A stretch of DNA of 32,000 nt from Geotalea daltonii FRC-32 (GCF_000022265.1 NC_011979.1:3270001-3302000); one strand, 5' to 3'; counted from the stretch's first letter, positions 1 through 10,237 are shown. Program-made: numbers and translations. The notes: generated from the sequence alone by a model not told the origin.

Positions 1-301
1 CTTTTTTGATCAAATCTTGCAGCGCAGCATCGTAAATCTCCGTCCTTTTGCTCTGGTAAAGCACTTCTCCATCCCACTGAAAACCGAGAATTTCCAGCGT
101 AGCCAGCATATCATCTGCAATGCCCGGTACGACACGCGGCAGATCGATATCTTCCATACGCAGCAGCCATCGGCCTCCGGCGTGCCTGGCAAAGAGGTAG
201 CTTCCCAATGCGGCAACAAGAGAACCCAGGTGCAACGGCCCCGTGGGCGATGGTGCAAAACGCCCGACAACAGAATCAGAGTTTGATCCGGCTGAGTCCA
301 T
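1..301 (-). CDS. gluQ: glutamyl-Q tRNA(Asp) synthetase (GluQRS), N-terminal ~100 codons; the rest lies beyond the left window edge
   Basis: Not in the supplied ORF track because it is open at the window edge. Manual minus-strand translation from ATG 301-299 gives [100 protein letters not shown] with no stop. [14 protein letters not shown] is the class-I HIGH-type signature at the position typical of GluQRS. Confidence 0.75.
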   Translation of the reverse strand, partial: MDSAGSNSDSVVGRFAPSPTGPLHLGSLVAALGSYLFARHAGGRWLLRMEDIDLPRVVPGIADDMLATLEILGFQWDGEVLYQSKRTEIYDAALQDLIKK

Positions 302-317
302 GGTGGATGACCTTTGT

Positions 318-632
318 TCAGGCAAGAAACGAACAGCAATAATCGGTAACGGTTTTTACCTTCATCCTGAAACTGGAGCTGGCAGGAACTTCAAAGGATT
401 CCCCGCCTTTTACGGGCTTCCACGAGTCGATACCCGCAATCTGCACTTCCAGGTCACCTGAAAGAATTTCCATTAACTCGGCGCCGGCTGTATTGAATAC
501 ATATTCTCCCGGCATCATGATGCCCAGGGTTTTTTTGCTGCCCGAAGAAAAGATGATGGTGCGGCTTGTTACACCGCCATCGAAGAATATATTTGCCTCT
601 TTTACAACGGTTACATTACTGAATTCTGACAT
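318..632 (-). CDS. ppnP: pyrimidine/purine nucleoside phosphorylase PpnP (UPF0345/DUF1255, YaiE family)
   Basis: 104 aa. The pattern GEYxFxT...E.MxxxSG...V......W......G..FxVP..S.F......T.YxC matches the YaiE/PpnP cupin family along its whole length. Confidence 0.8.
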   Translation of the reverse strand: MSEFSNVTVVKEANIFFDGGVTSRTIIFSSGSKKTLGIMMPGEYVFNTAGAELMEILSGDLEVQIAGIDSWKPVKGGESFEVPASSSFRMKVKTVTDYCCSFLA

Positions 633-702
633 GCAATACTCCTGTTTATGGGGGATTTCTACCGCGTTTGATACTTAAACGCATAGCACCGGGACTGTCA
701 AG

Positions 703-737
703 AAATTAAAAAAGGGCGGGAGAAATCCCCCGCCCTT
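703..737 (-). terminator. Rho-independent terminator downstream of glnA
   Basis: The minus strand reads CAAGGGCGGGGGATTTCTCCCGCCCTTTTTTAATTT. This is a GC-rich 7-8 bp stem (714-720 / 728-735) followed by a T-run, 23 nt after the glnA stop. Confidence 0.7.
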
Positions 738-759
738 GTCGTTCATCGGTGCAGTATGC

Positions 760-2172
760 TTAAATGTCGAAGTAAAGAGCGAATTCAAGGGGAACAGGAC
801 GCATGCGGACAGGGGTAACCTCTGCCTCAGTCTTGTACTCGATCCATTTCTCGATAACGTCAGGTGTGAAGACGTCACCTTTGAGGAGGAACTCGTGATC
901 TTCCTTGAGTGCATTGAGAGCTTCTTCCAGGCTGCCCGGAGCTGAAGGTATATCAGCAAGTTCTTCCGGAGAAAGTCCGTAGATGTCCTTGTCCAGCGGC
1001 TGGCCCGGATCGATCTTGTTTTCGATACCGTCGAGACCGGCCATGAGCATGGCGGCGAAGGCAAGGTAGCCATTGCAGGAGGGGTCCGGTGTCCGATATT
1101 CGATACGCTTTGCTTTCGGATTGGAAGACAGCATCGGAATCCTGATGGAAGCGGAACGGTTACGGCTGGAGTATGCCATATTAACAGGGGCTTCATAACC
1201 GGGGACCAGGCGCTTGTAGGAGTTGGTGGTCGGGTTGGTGAAGGCGCAGAGGGCTTTCGCATGCTTGATGATGCCGCCGATGTAGTAAAGGGCCATTTTG
1301 GAGAGCCCACCATAGCCGTCGCCGGCAAACAGGTTTTGGCCGTCTTTCCAGATTGATTGGTGGCAGTGCATCCCGGAACCATTGTCGCCATAGAGCGGCT
1401 TCGGCATGAAGGTTACAGTTTTGCCATTTCTGTTGGCTACGTTCTTGATGACGTATTTGAACCACTGGAGCTGATCGGCCATGTCCACCAGCGAAGAGAA
1501 ACGCATATCAATTTCGGCCTGGCCACCAGTGGCAACCTCGTGGTGCTGGCACTCAACCCTGATGCCGACCTTCTGCAGTTCTATGACCATTTCATTACGG
1601 AGGTCGTTCTGGGAATCGTTAGGAGAAACCGGGAAGTAGCCACCCTTGAAGCCGGGCTTGTAGCCGAGATTTGGAAACTCTTCACGGCCAGTATTCCAGG
1701 CGCCTTCGACGGAGTCAACAACATAGAAGGACTGGTTAGAGCTTGAATCATAGCGCACATCGTCAAAGATGAAGAATTCAGCTTCAGGTCCGAAAAAGGC
1801 AGTATCGCCGATGGCGGTGGACTTCAGATACGCTTCAGCCTTCCGTGCGATGTTACGAGGATCACGGGTGTAGTCTTCCTTGGTGATAGGATCGAAGACG
1901 TTGCAGATGAGCGAAAGAGTCGGAATCGCGACAAAGGGGTCCATTTTGGCGGTGGAAGGATCAGGGAGCAGGATCATGTCGGAAGCATGGATCGGTTGCC
2001 AGCCGCGGATGGAGGAACCATCAAATCCCTGACCTTCTTCAAAGGTATCTTCACTGAACTCGGTGATGGGAATCGAAATGTGCTGCCAGATTCCCACGAA
2101 GTCCATGAACTTAAAATCGACCATTAGTGCGCCATTTTCTTTGGCAAACTCAACCACTTGTTTTGGTGTCAT
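760..2172 (-). CDS. glnA: glutamine synthetase type I
   Basis: 470 aa. It carries the GS signature [16 protein letters not shown] and an adenylylation-site-like [10 protein letters not shown] (E. coli NLYDLPPEE). The ORF track starts at TTG 2178. ATG at 2172 sits 8 nt after AAGGAG and is the more likely start (MTPKQVVEF...). Confidence 0.97.
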   Translation of the reverse strand: MTPKQVVEFAKENGALMVDFKFMDFVGIWQHISIPITEFSEDTFEEGQGFDGSSIRGWQPIHASDMILLPDPSTAKMDPFVAIPTLSLICNVFDPITKEDYTRDPRNIARKAEAYLKSTAIGDTAFFGPEAEFFIFDDVRYDSSSNQSFYVVDSVEGAWNTGREEFPNLGYKPGFKGGYFPVSPNDSQNDLRNEMVIELQKVGIRVECQHHEVATGGQAEIDMRFSSLVDMADQLQWFKYVIKNVANRNGKTVTFMPKPLYGDNGSGMHCHQSIWKDGQNLFAGDGYGGLSKMALYYIGGIIKHAKALCAFTNPTTNSYKRLVPGYEAPVNMAYSSRNRSASIRIPMLSSNPKAKRIEYRTPDPSCNGYLAFAAMLMAGLDGIENKIDPGQPLDKDIYGLSPEELADIPSAPGSLEEALNALKEDHEFLLKGDVFTPDVIEKWIEYKTEAEVTPVRMRPVPLEFALYFDI

Positions 2173-2215
2173 CAACAAATCTCCTTTTCTAACTGTTTAT
2201 TAATTTTGCACTGGT

Positions 2216-2611
<396 letters not shown>

Positions 2612-2673
2612 TTAAAATGCAAGGCTAATCAATTAAAACAAACGAATCACGATTTTATAGCTGTGGAAATTAT

Positions 2674-2689
2674 AGCAATTTTTCTGCCA
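2674..2689 (-). promoter_or_regulatory. sigma-54 (-24/-12) promoter of glnB-glnA
   Basis: The minus strand reads TGGCAGAAAAATTGCT against the consensus TGGCAC-N5-TTGCW, with exact GG-N10-GC spacing. It lies about 120 nt upstream of the glnB start in an AT-rich spacer. Nitrogen-regulated gln operons are classic RpoN/NtrC targets. Confidence 0.6.
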
Positions 2690-2821
2690 ACGACCATCTC
2701 CAACATTTAGTTAATAAAATAAGTAACTTAGATTTTATGGTAATAAACCACCGATAATTACAGCCCATAAATTAGGCAAAGCCTGCCCCCTGTGCCCAAT
2801 ATATAACCACCATCAATATGA

Positions 2822-3742
2822 TCAGGATCGGCTTGTGGATTCCTCAAGAAGTGCATGCAGTGCTTCCACCCGCGGCATGATAATCCCTTTTTGTCGGGCA
2901 GCATCCAGAGGCCTGGCAAAAATTGCCTCAAGCTCAAGTTCTCTGCCTTCTTCCCTGTCAATCTGCATTGATGGCTTATAATGCCCCATTGCGTCTGTGA
3001 AATCCAGCATCTCATCAGCATATGCCATCGGGATCGGGTTCGAAAGGCTCTGGCAATTTGCCGCTTGGATCAGTTCAAACATGATGTCCCGAAGCAAACA
3101 CCGCGTCCTCTGGTTACTGAGAAGGACATTCACCGGCTTCTGCAGCAAGGCACATGTTCCATTGAAGGGAATGTTCCAGATCAGTTTTTCCCATCGTGCC
3201 TTTTTCAGGTCAGTAACGGCCTGGCATGGAACGCCTGCCATGCTGAACATTGCGGCGACTGATTCTGCCCTGTCCATATATGGTCGGGCATACTCCCCCA
3301 GGATTATTCTTCCCGCTCCCAAATGATGCACTACACCGGGTTCTCCCCGGTTGGAACAGAGAAATGCCACTCCTCCCATAATCCGTTCGCTGCCGAAAAT
3401 TTCAGCAAGGGCCTCTTCGTTGCCAAGCCCGTTCTGCAAGGTGAGGATGATGCTGTTATCCTTCAAGAGCGGGGTTATAAGCTGCCGGTACGACTGGTTG
3501 GCAAAGGTCTTCAGCCCTACCAGCACAAGATCCACCATACCAATCTCTTCACTGCTCCCGTATCCTGCAACTGGGAAAAGCTTGAAATCGCCATTTATGG
3601 AAAAAACGCTGAGGCCATTCTTTGGGATGGTTTCAAGATCGCGCCGCAGAAGAAAACATACCTCATGCCCGCCCTTCTGCAGCATTGCTCCATAATACAG
3701 ACCAAGGGCTCCTGCCCCGACAACGGCAATACGCACTTCCAA
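2822..3742 (-). CDS. panE: 2-dehydropantoate 2-reductase (ketopantoate reductase, ApbA/PanE family)
   Basis: N-terminal Rossmann motif IAVVGAGALGLYYG, with ApbA/PanE-like N- and C-domains over about 300 aa. The track start is TTG 3742, directly abutting GGAGG. GTG at 3736 (MRIAVVGAG) has better spacing. Confidence 0.8.
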   Translation of the reverse strand: MEVRIAVVGAGALGLYYGAMLQKGGHEVCFLLRRDLETIPKNGLSVFSINGDFKLFPVAGYGSSEEIGMVDLVLVGLKTFANQSYRQLITPLLKDNSIILTLQNGLGNEEALAEIFGSERIMGGVAFLCSNRGEPGVVHHLGAGRIILGEYARPYMDRAESVAAMFSMAGVPCQAVTDLKKARWEKLIWNIPFNGTCALLQKPVNVLLSNQRTRCLLRDIMFELIQAANCQSLSNPIPMAYADEMLDFTDAMGHYKPSMQIDREEGRELELEAIFARPLDAARQKGIIMPRVEALHALLEESTSRS

Positions 3743-3753
3743 CCTCCATAAGC

Positions 3754-3782
3754 TTGTAAATTAACAGGTAACACTGTATATT
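3754..3782 (+). promoter_or_regulatory. candidate sigma-70 promoter for the M23 peptidase gene
   Basis: TTGTAA (3754-3759), a 17-nt spacer, then TATATT (3777-3782), 43 nt before the ATG. It is embedded in the inverted repeat TGTAAAT (3755-3761) / ATTTACA (3780-3786). Confidence 0.35.
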
Positions 3783-3824
3783 TACAGCGCTTCCCCCAAA
3801 ACAGTAGATAAGGAAAGAGCCAGA

Positions 3825-4571
3825 ATGCTGCTCTCCCCATGGAAAAGCCCCGTTTTCACCATATTGCTGCTCGTTGTCTCTGTCAACGCCCATGCCGATT
3901 TTTACCGGTTCGAAATGGAAGATGGGGTAGAAGTTTTTACCAATACTCCCACCAGATCGGGTGCGGTGAAGATCATGAAGGAAGATGCGCCCCAAAGGCC
4001 GTCTGAAAAGAAAAAGTTTGCCCTGAAAAAAACTCTCCATGAAAACAGGAAATCCTCTACGAATGATCAGGAAAGCCTGCAACTGCAAGTACCGGTAACA
4101 GGAAAAATTTCCTCCAACTATGGCTGGCGCCATGACCCCATCGACGGCAATCTCAGACATCACAGCGGTATAGACATAGCCGTAGGCTCAGGAACACCGG
4201 TAAAATCAATCGCACCGGGAAAAGTCACCTTCAGCGGCCCCCGTGGCGGGTACGGCAATCTGGTCATCATCGAGCATGACAGCGGTATGACCTCTCTGTA
4301 CGGGCATAACTCCCTGCTGCTCGTTGTAACAGGCGAGCAGGTCGATGTCCAGACAACGATCGCCTTGTCCGGGTCCACCGGCCGCTCAACCGGTCCACAT
4401 CTCCATTTTGAGCTATGGAAACACGGTACAAACCTGACTCAGGCCTATGTGGAAGACCGCCAAGGAAGTTTCAAAAACGCCACTATTGCGGCCAACCGCA
4501 TTCAACATGCCGAGATCAGGCGGTTTGTGGAGAAAAACGGCACCATCGTCTTCACCAATTTGCCCCAATAA
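3825..4571 (+). CDS. secreted M23/LytM-family metallopeptidase
   Basis: Signal peptide MLLSPWKSPVFTILLLVVSVNAHA. M23 motifs HSGIDIA, GNLVIIEH and GSTGRSTGPHLHFE are present. DUF4124-like FTNxP modules occur at both termini. Confidence 0.9.
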   Translation: MLLSPWKSPVFTILLLVVSVNAHADFYRFEMEDGVEVFTNTPTRSGAVKIMKEDAPQRPSEKKKFALKKTLHENRKSSTNDQESLQLQVPVTGKISSNYGWRHDPIDGNLRHHSGIDIAVGSGTPVKSIAPGKVTFSGPRGGYGNLVIIEHDSGMTSLYGHNSLLLVVTGEQVDVQTTIALSGSTGRSTGPHLHFELWKHGTNLTQAYVEDRQGSFKNATIAANRIQHAEIRRFVEKNGTIVFTNLPQ

Positions 4572-4588
4572 ATCTTACTCTCAAGTCT

Positions 4589-7105
4589 TTATCCCCTTGG
4601 CTTGGCCTTTCGCGTCGGAGTCGCATTCCATGGATCATCAGGCCATGGATGCCTCGGATAACGCCCCTTCAACTCCTTTTTTACTTCAACATAGGTTGAA
4701 TTCCAGAAGTTCCTCAGGTCCTGCGTCACCTGGATGGGGCGACGTGCCGGAGAAAGAAGATGCAGAGTGACGGCAATCCTCCCTCCCGCCACCCGGGGTG
4801 TATCGGCAAGGCCGAACAATTCCTGCAACTTGACAGCCAGTACGGGCGGCTTGTCCTCCGAGTATTCCAGTGGAATGGATGAACCGCTCGGCACCGTGAT
4901 GTGCGTCGGCGCCCCCTCCTCCAGCAAACGGAGCTGAGTGTAATCCAGCATATTCTTCAGGGGTGTGTAGATATCCACGGCCTGAAGCTCTGCCATATTT
5001 TTAATGCCGCTCAGGTATGGGCCGAGCCATTGGGGCAATGTCCTCAGCAGATTATCCGCTGAAAAATCAGGCAAACCGGATTCGGGAAAGATACCTTCGA
5101 GAAATAATATCCTCAAGCGAAACTGCTCGGCACGGCTGGTCCAATTCAGAGCAGTGAGGCCGGCTCCACAGGCTATCCCCCCAAGGAATGCTGCAGTTAC
5201 CTCTTCCGCCGATGGATTTATCTGCCTCGTTGCCAGAACCAGCGCCCCCAGGCGCTCTTCCTCACGGGCAAGCACCCTCTGCAGCCGATCATCCCAGCTG
5301 ACTGACCTCAACCATTGGATATCTGCAGCGAACTCCTTTCGTAGCGTTGCCAAATCCAAGGCATTGGCTGAATGAATCTGCCCATCGCCCTTCTCCCCTC
5401 CCTCCATGACAACGGCGACAATGTAGGCAGCATTCCTGAGGGAACTCCTGCCGCTCAAGGTTCCGCCGCGTCCATTGGCAAGAAGATAACGGGGGGAATC
5501 CGGTTCCCGCTGCTGACCGATGCGATCCGGATACGCCAAGGCCGAGAGAAGACCAACGGCCTGGGCGGTTGCCGGTAATGTCGCCCTTCCAGTGCCGACC
5601 AGCTTCTTCAGCTGCCCGGCCATGCGATCGACAGCCGAAAAGCTATGTGAGTCCATGCCATCGGTCCCCTTACTGCAACTCTTTCCCTTACGCCAGTCGA
5701 CCACAAGCTCAATCCTGTCAAGGATGTCACTGTCACTCACTTGAGTCACATGCGAAGAACTGCCGGAAATAATATCACGCTCAGTGAGCAGAGCGGCCAT
5801 ATCACAGGCCAGCTCTCCATATCCCCTTCTTTCCCCTTCGATAATGAGATGCCCAAGCCGGGGATGAACCGGAAGGAGAGCCATTTTGCGCCCAAGCTTG
5901 GTAATCAGGAAATTATGGTCAAGAGCATCAAGTTTTTTCAGGAGTTCGCGCGCCTCAGCCAAGGCTGCAGCCGGCGGCACATCAAGCCACGAAAGGGCAG
6001 ACGGATCATTCACCCCCCACAGTGCCAGTTCGAGGGCAAGGGACGACAGGTCTGATGAACGTATCTCTGGCGCGGTAAAAGGGATCAGAGTGGACTGGGA
6101 ATGCTCTGTCCAGAGGCGATAACAGGTTCCGGGGGCTGTGCGTCCGGCCCTTCCGGCCCGCTGGGAGGCTGAAGCCGCCGAAATGCGGGTGGTGACCAGC
6201 CGGTTGAGACCTGTGGCGGGATCGAAACGCTGCTGGCGGCATAAGCCGCTGTCAATGACCACCCTCACCCCCTCGATGGTCAAGCTTGTCTCGGCAATGT
6301 TGGTGGCCAAGACAATCTTGCGCTGGGGACCCGGCAGTATAGCCTTTTCCTGCCTGGCAAAAGGAAGATCACCGTAAAGGGGATGGATCGCTGCAGCCGT
6401 AGAACCATTGAGAAGAGCAGCACAACGTTTGATTTCACCGGCACCGGGCAAAAAAGCGAGTATATCCCCTTCGGTTTCGCCCAATGCTCTTTGGATGGCA
6501 GCAGACATGATTTCTGCTGTCCGGCCGACCGGCTCACCCGAAAGGTAACGGAGTTCCACAGGATAGGACCGTCCTTCACTGGTCAAGAGAGGAGCATCGC
6601 CAAGAAGCTTTGCAACTGGTGCAGCATCAAGGGTAGCGGACATGACGATCAGTTTCAGGTCGGGGCGCAACCCCAGTTGGGCGTCACGGCAGAGAGCCAG
6701 GGCCAGGTCGCTGTGCAGGTTTCGCTCGTGGAACTCGTCAAAAATGATCATTTCGATACCGGTGAGTTGTGGATCAGCCTGCAGCCTTCTGGTGAGAATA
6801 CCTTCGGTCACGACCTCGATACGTGTCGCGGCTGAGACCTGGCGCTCGAAGCGAATGGTGTAGCCGACGGTATTGCCAACCTCCTCCCCCAGCTGGGCAG
6901 CCATCCAACGGGCGGCATTGGTGGCGGCGAGCCGCCTTGGCTCCAGCATGATTATTTTGCGGTCAGGAGGAAGGACCTGTAGCAGGGTTAACGGGATTTT
7001 GGTGGTTTTACCAGCCCCGGGAGGAGCCTGGATGACTAAGGCAGGATTATCTTTGATGCTCTTTAGTAATTGTGGAAGGATTTCATCGATGGGCAGCTGT
7101 TTCAT
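4589..7105 (-). CDS. hrpB: ATP-dependent RNA helicase HrpB (DEAH-box family)
   Basis: 838 aa. Walker A APPGAGKTT, motif II DEFHER, SAT, QRAGRAGR, and a long HrpB-type C-terminal domain. The ATG overlaps the HAD stop (ATGA). Confidence 0.92.
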   Translation of the reverse strand: MKQLPIDEILPQLLKSIKDNPALVIQAPPGAGKTTKIPLTLLQVLPPDRKIIMLEPRRLAATNAARWMAAQLGEEVGNTVGYTIRFERQVSAATRIEVVTEGILTRRLQADPQLTGIEMIIFDEFHERNLHSDLALALCRDAQLGLRPDLKLIVMSATLDAAPVAKLLGDAPLLTSEGRSYPVELRYLSGEPVGRTAEIMSAAIQRALGETEGDILAFLPGAGEIKRCAALLNGSTAAAIHPLYGDLPFARQEKAILPGPQRKIVLATNIAETSLTIEGVRVVIDSGLCRQQRFDPATGLNRLVTTRISAASASQRAGRAGRTAPGTCYRLWTEHSQSTLIPFTAPEIRSSDLSSLALELALWGVNDPSALSWLDVPPAAALAEARELLKKLDALDHNFLITKLGRKMALLPVHPRLGHLIIEGERRGYGELACDMAALLTERDIISGSSSHVTQVSDSDILDRIELVVDWRKGKSCSKGTDGMDSHSFSAVDRMAGQLKKLVGTGRATLPATAQAVGLLSALAYPDRIGQQREPDSPRYLLANGRGGTLSGRSSLRNAAYIVAVVMEGGEKGDGQIHSANALDLATLRKEFAADIQWLRSVSWDDRLQRVLAREEERLGALVLATRQINPSAEEVTAAFLGGIACGAGLTALNWTSRAEQFRLRILFLEGIFPESGLPDFSADNLLRTLPQWLGPYLSGIKNMAELQAVDIYTPLKNMLDYTQLRLLEEGAPTHITVPSGSSIPLEYSEDKPPVLAVKLQELFGLADTPRVAGGRIAVTLHLLSPARRPIQVTQDLRNFWNSTYVEVKKELKGRYPRHPWPDDPWNATPTRKAKPRG

Positions 7106-7803
7106 GTGAGTGAGTGAAAATATGTCCCCAGACCCTGATAATCGATGCCGACCAGCGAATCAACCACCTTCAGGGCAGATCCCAGCTTCTCCTCAGGATA
7201 GCTGTTGGTCACGGCGAGGACCTTGAGACCGGCACCGTTGGCAGAGGCTATCCCGGCAGGGGTATCTTCAATGGCAAGACACCGTGAAGGAGTGATGGTC
7301 AGGGAAGGAAACTTCTGGGCAAGCCTTTTCACGGCAAGTTCATAGCTTTCGGGATGGGGTTTGCTGGCAGACACCTCATCAGCAGTTACCTTTACATCAA
7401 AAGCATCGGTAATGGAAAGCTGCTGAAGGATCGGCGCTATATCCGAAGCGAGAGCACCGCTGCAGAGAGCGACCGGACAGCTACCTTTCAGAGCTTTGAT
7501 CAGTTCGACAACACCGGGAAAAGGGATAACCCCTGAAGCAATGATCTTGTTAAAGGCAGCGGCCTTTTTCCCGATGAGAGAGCAGAGTTCCTTGACATCT
7601 AGCGTCTTGCCGGCGACGGCATAGGCTTCCCGAAAGGCGTCGCGGTCATCGAAACCTATGTAATGGCTGATGTAATCTTCCCAGGAATAGCCCAGCCCCA
7701 GAGGTACGAGCACTTCCTGAAAGGCCTTGTAATGCAGTGGCTCTGTATCGACTATGATTCCGTCAAAATCGAAAATAACCGCAGCCAGCATGTTATCCCC
7801 CAT
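7102..7803 (-). CDS. HAD-IA family hydrolase (beta-phosphoglucomutase/phosphatase-like)
   Basis: Motif I is FDFDGIIVDTE. Later SG and K motifs are present, along with EDTPAGIASANGAG (motif IV region). The start could be M1 or M5. Confidence 0.85.
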   Translation of the reverse strand: MGDNMLAAVIFDFDGIIVDTEPLHYKAFQEVLVPLGLGYSWEDYISHYIGFDDRDAFREAYAVAGKTLDVKELCSLIGKKAAAFNKIIASGVIPFPGVVELIKALKGSCPVALCSGALASDIAPILQQLSITDAFDVKVTADEVSASKPHPESYELAVKRLAQKFPSLTITPSRCLAIEDTPAGIASANGAGLKVLAVTNSYPEEKLGSALKVVDSLVGIDYQGLGTYFHSLT

Positions 7804-7806
7804 ACA

Positions 7807-8634
7807 CTAGAATTTGCCGAGCAGCACCAGTGAAGCGCCATCAGTGGATGCAGCGGGCGCAATGGTCAGTCTGGAAGCCCCCTTGCCGGCATGATAATTG
7901 GTAACGACCCTGCCGCACAACTCACCTATGGCAGCCCCGAGCAAAACATCGCTGGCCCAGTGTTTGTCCTGATAGATGCGGGAAAAACCGACAAAGGCAG
8001 CGGCAGAATAGGACAACATTTTGACGCTGAAACTTTCGGAAGTTCTCGCCATGACGGAGGCCATGGCAAAGGAGCTGGCAGTGTGCATGGAAGGCAAGGA
8101 ATCATAATCAGTATCGAAGGAAAGCGGCTTGAAATCGGCCTTGTCGCCGCTTTTAAATGGACGTCCCCTGCCAAAACCTTCCTTGAGAAGAAAGGTGGCG
8201 GCGTCGGCCAGAATTACCGATTCTCCGAGCATTTCTCCAAGGCTCCTGTATTTTTCGGAACCGGCAAGGATTCCACCGCCATAGACGGCAGCAGCCACGC
8301 CAAGATGAAGGTATGGATTGCCAACCAGATTGCCGGCGTCGGTCACCCGATCCAGATTTTTTCCCTTCAGCCCCAGAACCTTCGACCTGATATCGTCATC
8401 GAAATAATAGGTAAGTCCCACTGCACCAGCTGTGGCCAGTGTACCGAAAAGAGCGTCCCTGTCGAAAGGGGCCCCTGCAACCTGGACGGCTTCTTCTCCC
8501 AGACGCCCCAGCTCATCCTTTATTGCAGTCGTGCTGTTAAAGATATTATCTTCAGCCATAACCGGCGAAGAGATCAGTAAAAACATGACAAGGAAGTAAA
8601 TCAGCCGTTGCACATCAACCCCTATTTGCGGCAC
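7807..8634 (-). CDS. PAP2-superfamily (acid/lipid) phosphatase, secreted or membrane-anchored
   Basis: PAP2 tripartite motif: KEGFGRGRP ... PSMH ... SRIYQDKHWASD. The N-terminal hydrophobic leader ends in VMA/EDN. An alternative GTG start at 8613 (MQRLIYFLVMFLLISSPVMA) follows AGGGG and the vanZ stop. Confidence 0.8.
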   Translation of the reverse strand: MPQIGVDVQRLIYFLVMFLLISSPVMAEDNIFNSTTAIKDELGRLGEEAVQVAGAPFDRDALFGTLATAGAVGLTYYFDDDIRSKVLGLKGKNLDRVTDAGNLVGNPYLHLGVAAAVYGGGILAGSEKYRSLGEMLGESVILADAATFLLKEGFGRGRPFKSGDKADFKPLSFDTDYDSLPSMHTASSFAMASVMARTSESFSVKMLSYSAAAFVGFSRIYQDKHWASDVLLGAAIGELCGRVVTNYHAGKGASRLTIAPAASTDGASLVLLGKF

Positions 8635-9013
8635 CGAATTTTTTTTCTAGGACAATTGCCAGCAGAAGAATTATGCCTGCCCCTATGGCATCGGCCAGCA
8701 AATCGCCCCATTCTGCAGTTCTTGTTCGAGTGAAGGATCCCTGGAGGACCTCCAGAAGAGCACCAATCCCGACCGCGACAGATGCTGCCATTGACCAGCG
8801 GAGCTTTGCCGATAGCCGGAAGTTGCAGAAAGCCCAGCCGGCGAGAATTGTCAAAAGGGAATAGGCAGCACCATGCTCGAATTTGTCCCAACCCAACAGG
8901 TCATCGTCGATAGCCGGTGGATCAGACATGAGCGATAGCCATAAAACAAGAACTCCCCAGACGATAAACAGCAGCCACCTGAGGAGAAATAATCTTGACC
9001 TGAACCTTTCCAA
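8615..9013 (-). CDS. VanZ-family membrane protein
   Basis: Motifs DKFEHGAAY and LLEVLQGSFTRTRTAEWGDLLADAIG match the VanZ-like pattern DKxxH ... ExxQ...R.....D. The track ORF extends to 9118 but would overlap the upstream gene by 80 nt. TTG at 9013 after AGAGG is the more likely start. Confidence 0.7.
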   Translation of the reverse strand: MERFRSRLFLLRWLLFIVWGVLVLWLSLMSDPPAIDDDLLGWDKFEHGAAYSLLTILAGWAFCNFRLSAKLRWSMAASVAVGIGALLEVLQGSFTRTRTAEWGDLLADAIGAGIILLLAIVLEKKFGAANRG

Positions 9014-9038
9014 GGAACCTCTGTTGTAGAAGTTTTGT

Positions 9039-10226
9039 CTAATTTTGCCGCCGGCGGAACATGAGGGAGGCCTTGATCTCATTCCAGCGGCCCCTGTCAT
9101 CATCGGACATTTTATCAAAGTATTCCTGAATGAATACTATGAAAATCGAAGCGAAGAAGGCAGTTACTGCCGAAAGCAAAACTATCAGCGAGCGCTTGGG
9201 TTTGCTTTTCTTTGCCGGCACCACTGCATCATCCAGTACCTGAACGGAGGAAGAATCCTTCGCTTCATTGTACTTCGCCACCTCGTACTGCTTCTTCAGC
9301 TGCTCGAAAATAGCTTCCTGGGTCTTTAGTTCACGCAGTCTCCGTGCGTATTCAAGCCCCAGGTTCGGCACGTTGCCGACTGCTGGTATGACATCTCCAG
9401 CACCATTGCCGGAAAAAGAGCCCATCTGGTTGCGGAGTTTGGCAATGGAAGTCTTAAGCAACTGAACATCCGGGCTTTCATCGGTCTGGAAGGATTTGAG
9501 AGAAGCCAGTTGCACCTCCTTGGCGACTATCTCGGCCCTGATTTGTGCAATGCCCTCGATGGTGGCTGCAGCCTGTGAGTCCACCTTCAGCATCTTGTTT
9601 TTTTCCTGAAAATCCCTGAGGCTATTTTCTGCCTTGGCCAGATCATCCTTCACCAGATCAAGGCGTTTTTCCAGAAAGACCCGCTCTGACCCTGCCCTGG
9701 TCAAGTTCAGCTGCACGCTTCTGTTTCCCAGTTCGGCAACCATGGTATTGGCAAGAGTGGCGGCAAGTACAGCATCCTTGTTGTCTGCACTGATAGTGAT
9801 AATCCCATCCTTGCCCGCCTGTGTTTTTACAATAGATGTCAGGGCCAGCCTGGTCTCATCGATGCTTTTGCATTCCAGCTTTTTCTGCAGGTCCAGCTTT
9901 TTAATGACTGCGTCGGCAACGGAGCGGCTTTTCAGTATGCCCAGATAGAGATCGGAACTCCCGCCAAGGGCACCGCCAGCCAATCCCGCAAGCCCACCCA
10001 CCTGACCGAGCAGTGCGGAGATACCGCCACCGCCTTCCTTCTGTGGCGGAAGAACGCGGGCTGTAGCCGTGTAAATATTGGGAAGGGTCAGGCTATATGC
10101 AACCGACAAAACAACAGCTGTCACACATATCTTGATTATCAGCTTTTTACGCCGGACAATGACCCTGAGAAGATCAAGCAGGTTGATTTCCTCTTCCGAC
10201 TGGAGTTCGTCCTTATTTGTATCCAT
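9039..10226 (-). CDS. Wzz/GumC-like polysaccharide co-polymerase (chain-length determinant), no kinase domain
   Basis: N-terminal Wzz motif LLDLLRVIVRRKKLIIKICVTAVVLSVAYSLTLPNIYTATARVLPP. It has a long coiled-coil periplasmic region and a C-terminal TM (LIVLLSAVTAFFASIFIVFI). No Walker-type BY-kinase domain is present. Confidence 0.8.
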   Translation of the reverse strand: MDTNKDELQSEEEINLLDLLRVIVRRKKLIIKICVTAVVLSVAYSLTLPNIYTATARVLPPQKEGGGGISALLGQVGGLAGLAGGALGGSSDLYLGILKSRSVADAVIKKLDLQKKLECKSIDETRLALTSIVKTQAGKDGIITISADNKDAVLAATLANTMVAELGNRSVQLNLTRAGSERVFLEKRLDLVKDDLAKAENSLRDFQEKNKMLKVDSQAAATIEGIAQIRAEIVAKEVQLASLKSFQTDESPDVQLLKTSIAKLRNQMGSFSGNGAGDVIPAVGNVPNLGLEYARRLRELKTQEAIFEQLKKQYEVAKYNEAKDSSSVQVLDDAVVPAKKSKPKRSLIVLLSAVTAFFASIFIVFIQEYFDKMSDDDRGRWNEIKASLMFRRRQN

Positions 10227-10237
10227 CCCTGAATCCT

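Noticed and set aside
675-1391. 238-aa alternative-frame ORF overlapping glnA, plus other short ORFs inside glnA
   Set aside because: It is an out-of-frame overlap with a highly conserved glutamine synthetase, with Pro/Ser/Thr-rich junk composition.
2669-2674. Perfect TATAAT hexamer upstream of glnB as a sigma-70 -10 box
   Set aside because: The only -35-like hexamer (TTGGCA) is 10 nt away, far from the 16-18 nt optimum. The same bases form a near-consensus sigma-54 -24/-12 element with exact spacing, so that reading is preferred.
7891-8580. 229-aa plus-strand ORF
   Set aside because: It is antisense to the PAP2 gene, which carries the full PAP2 tripartite motif.
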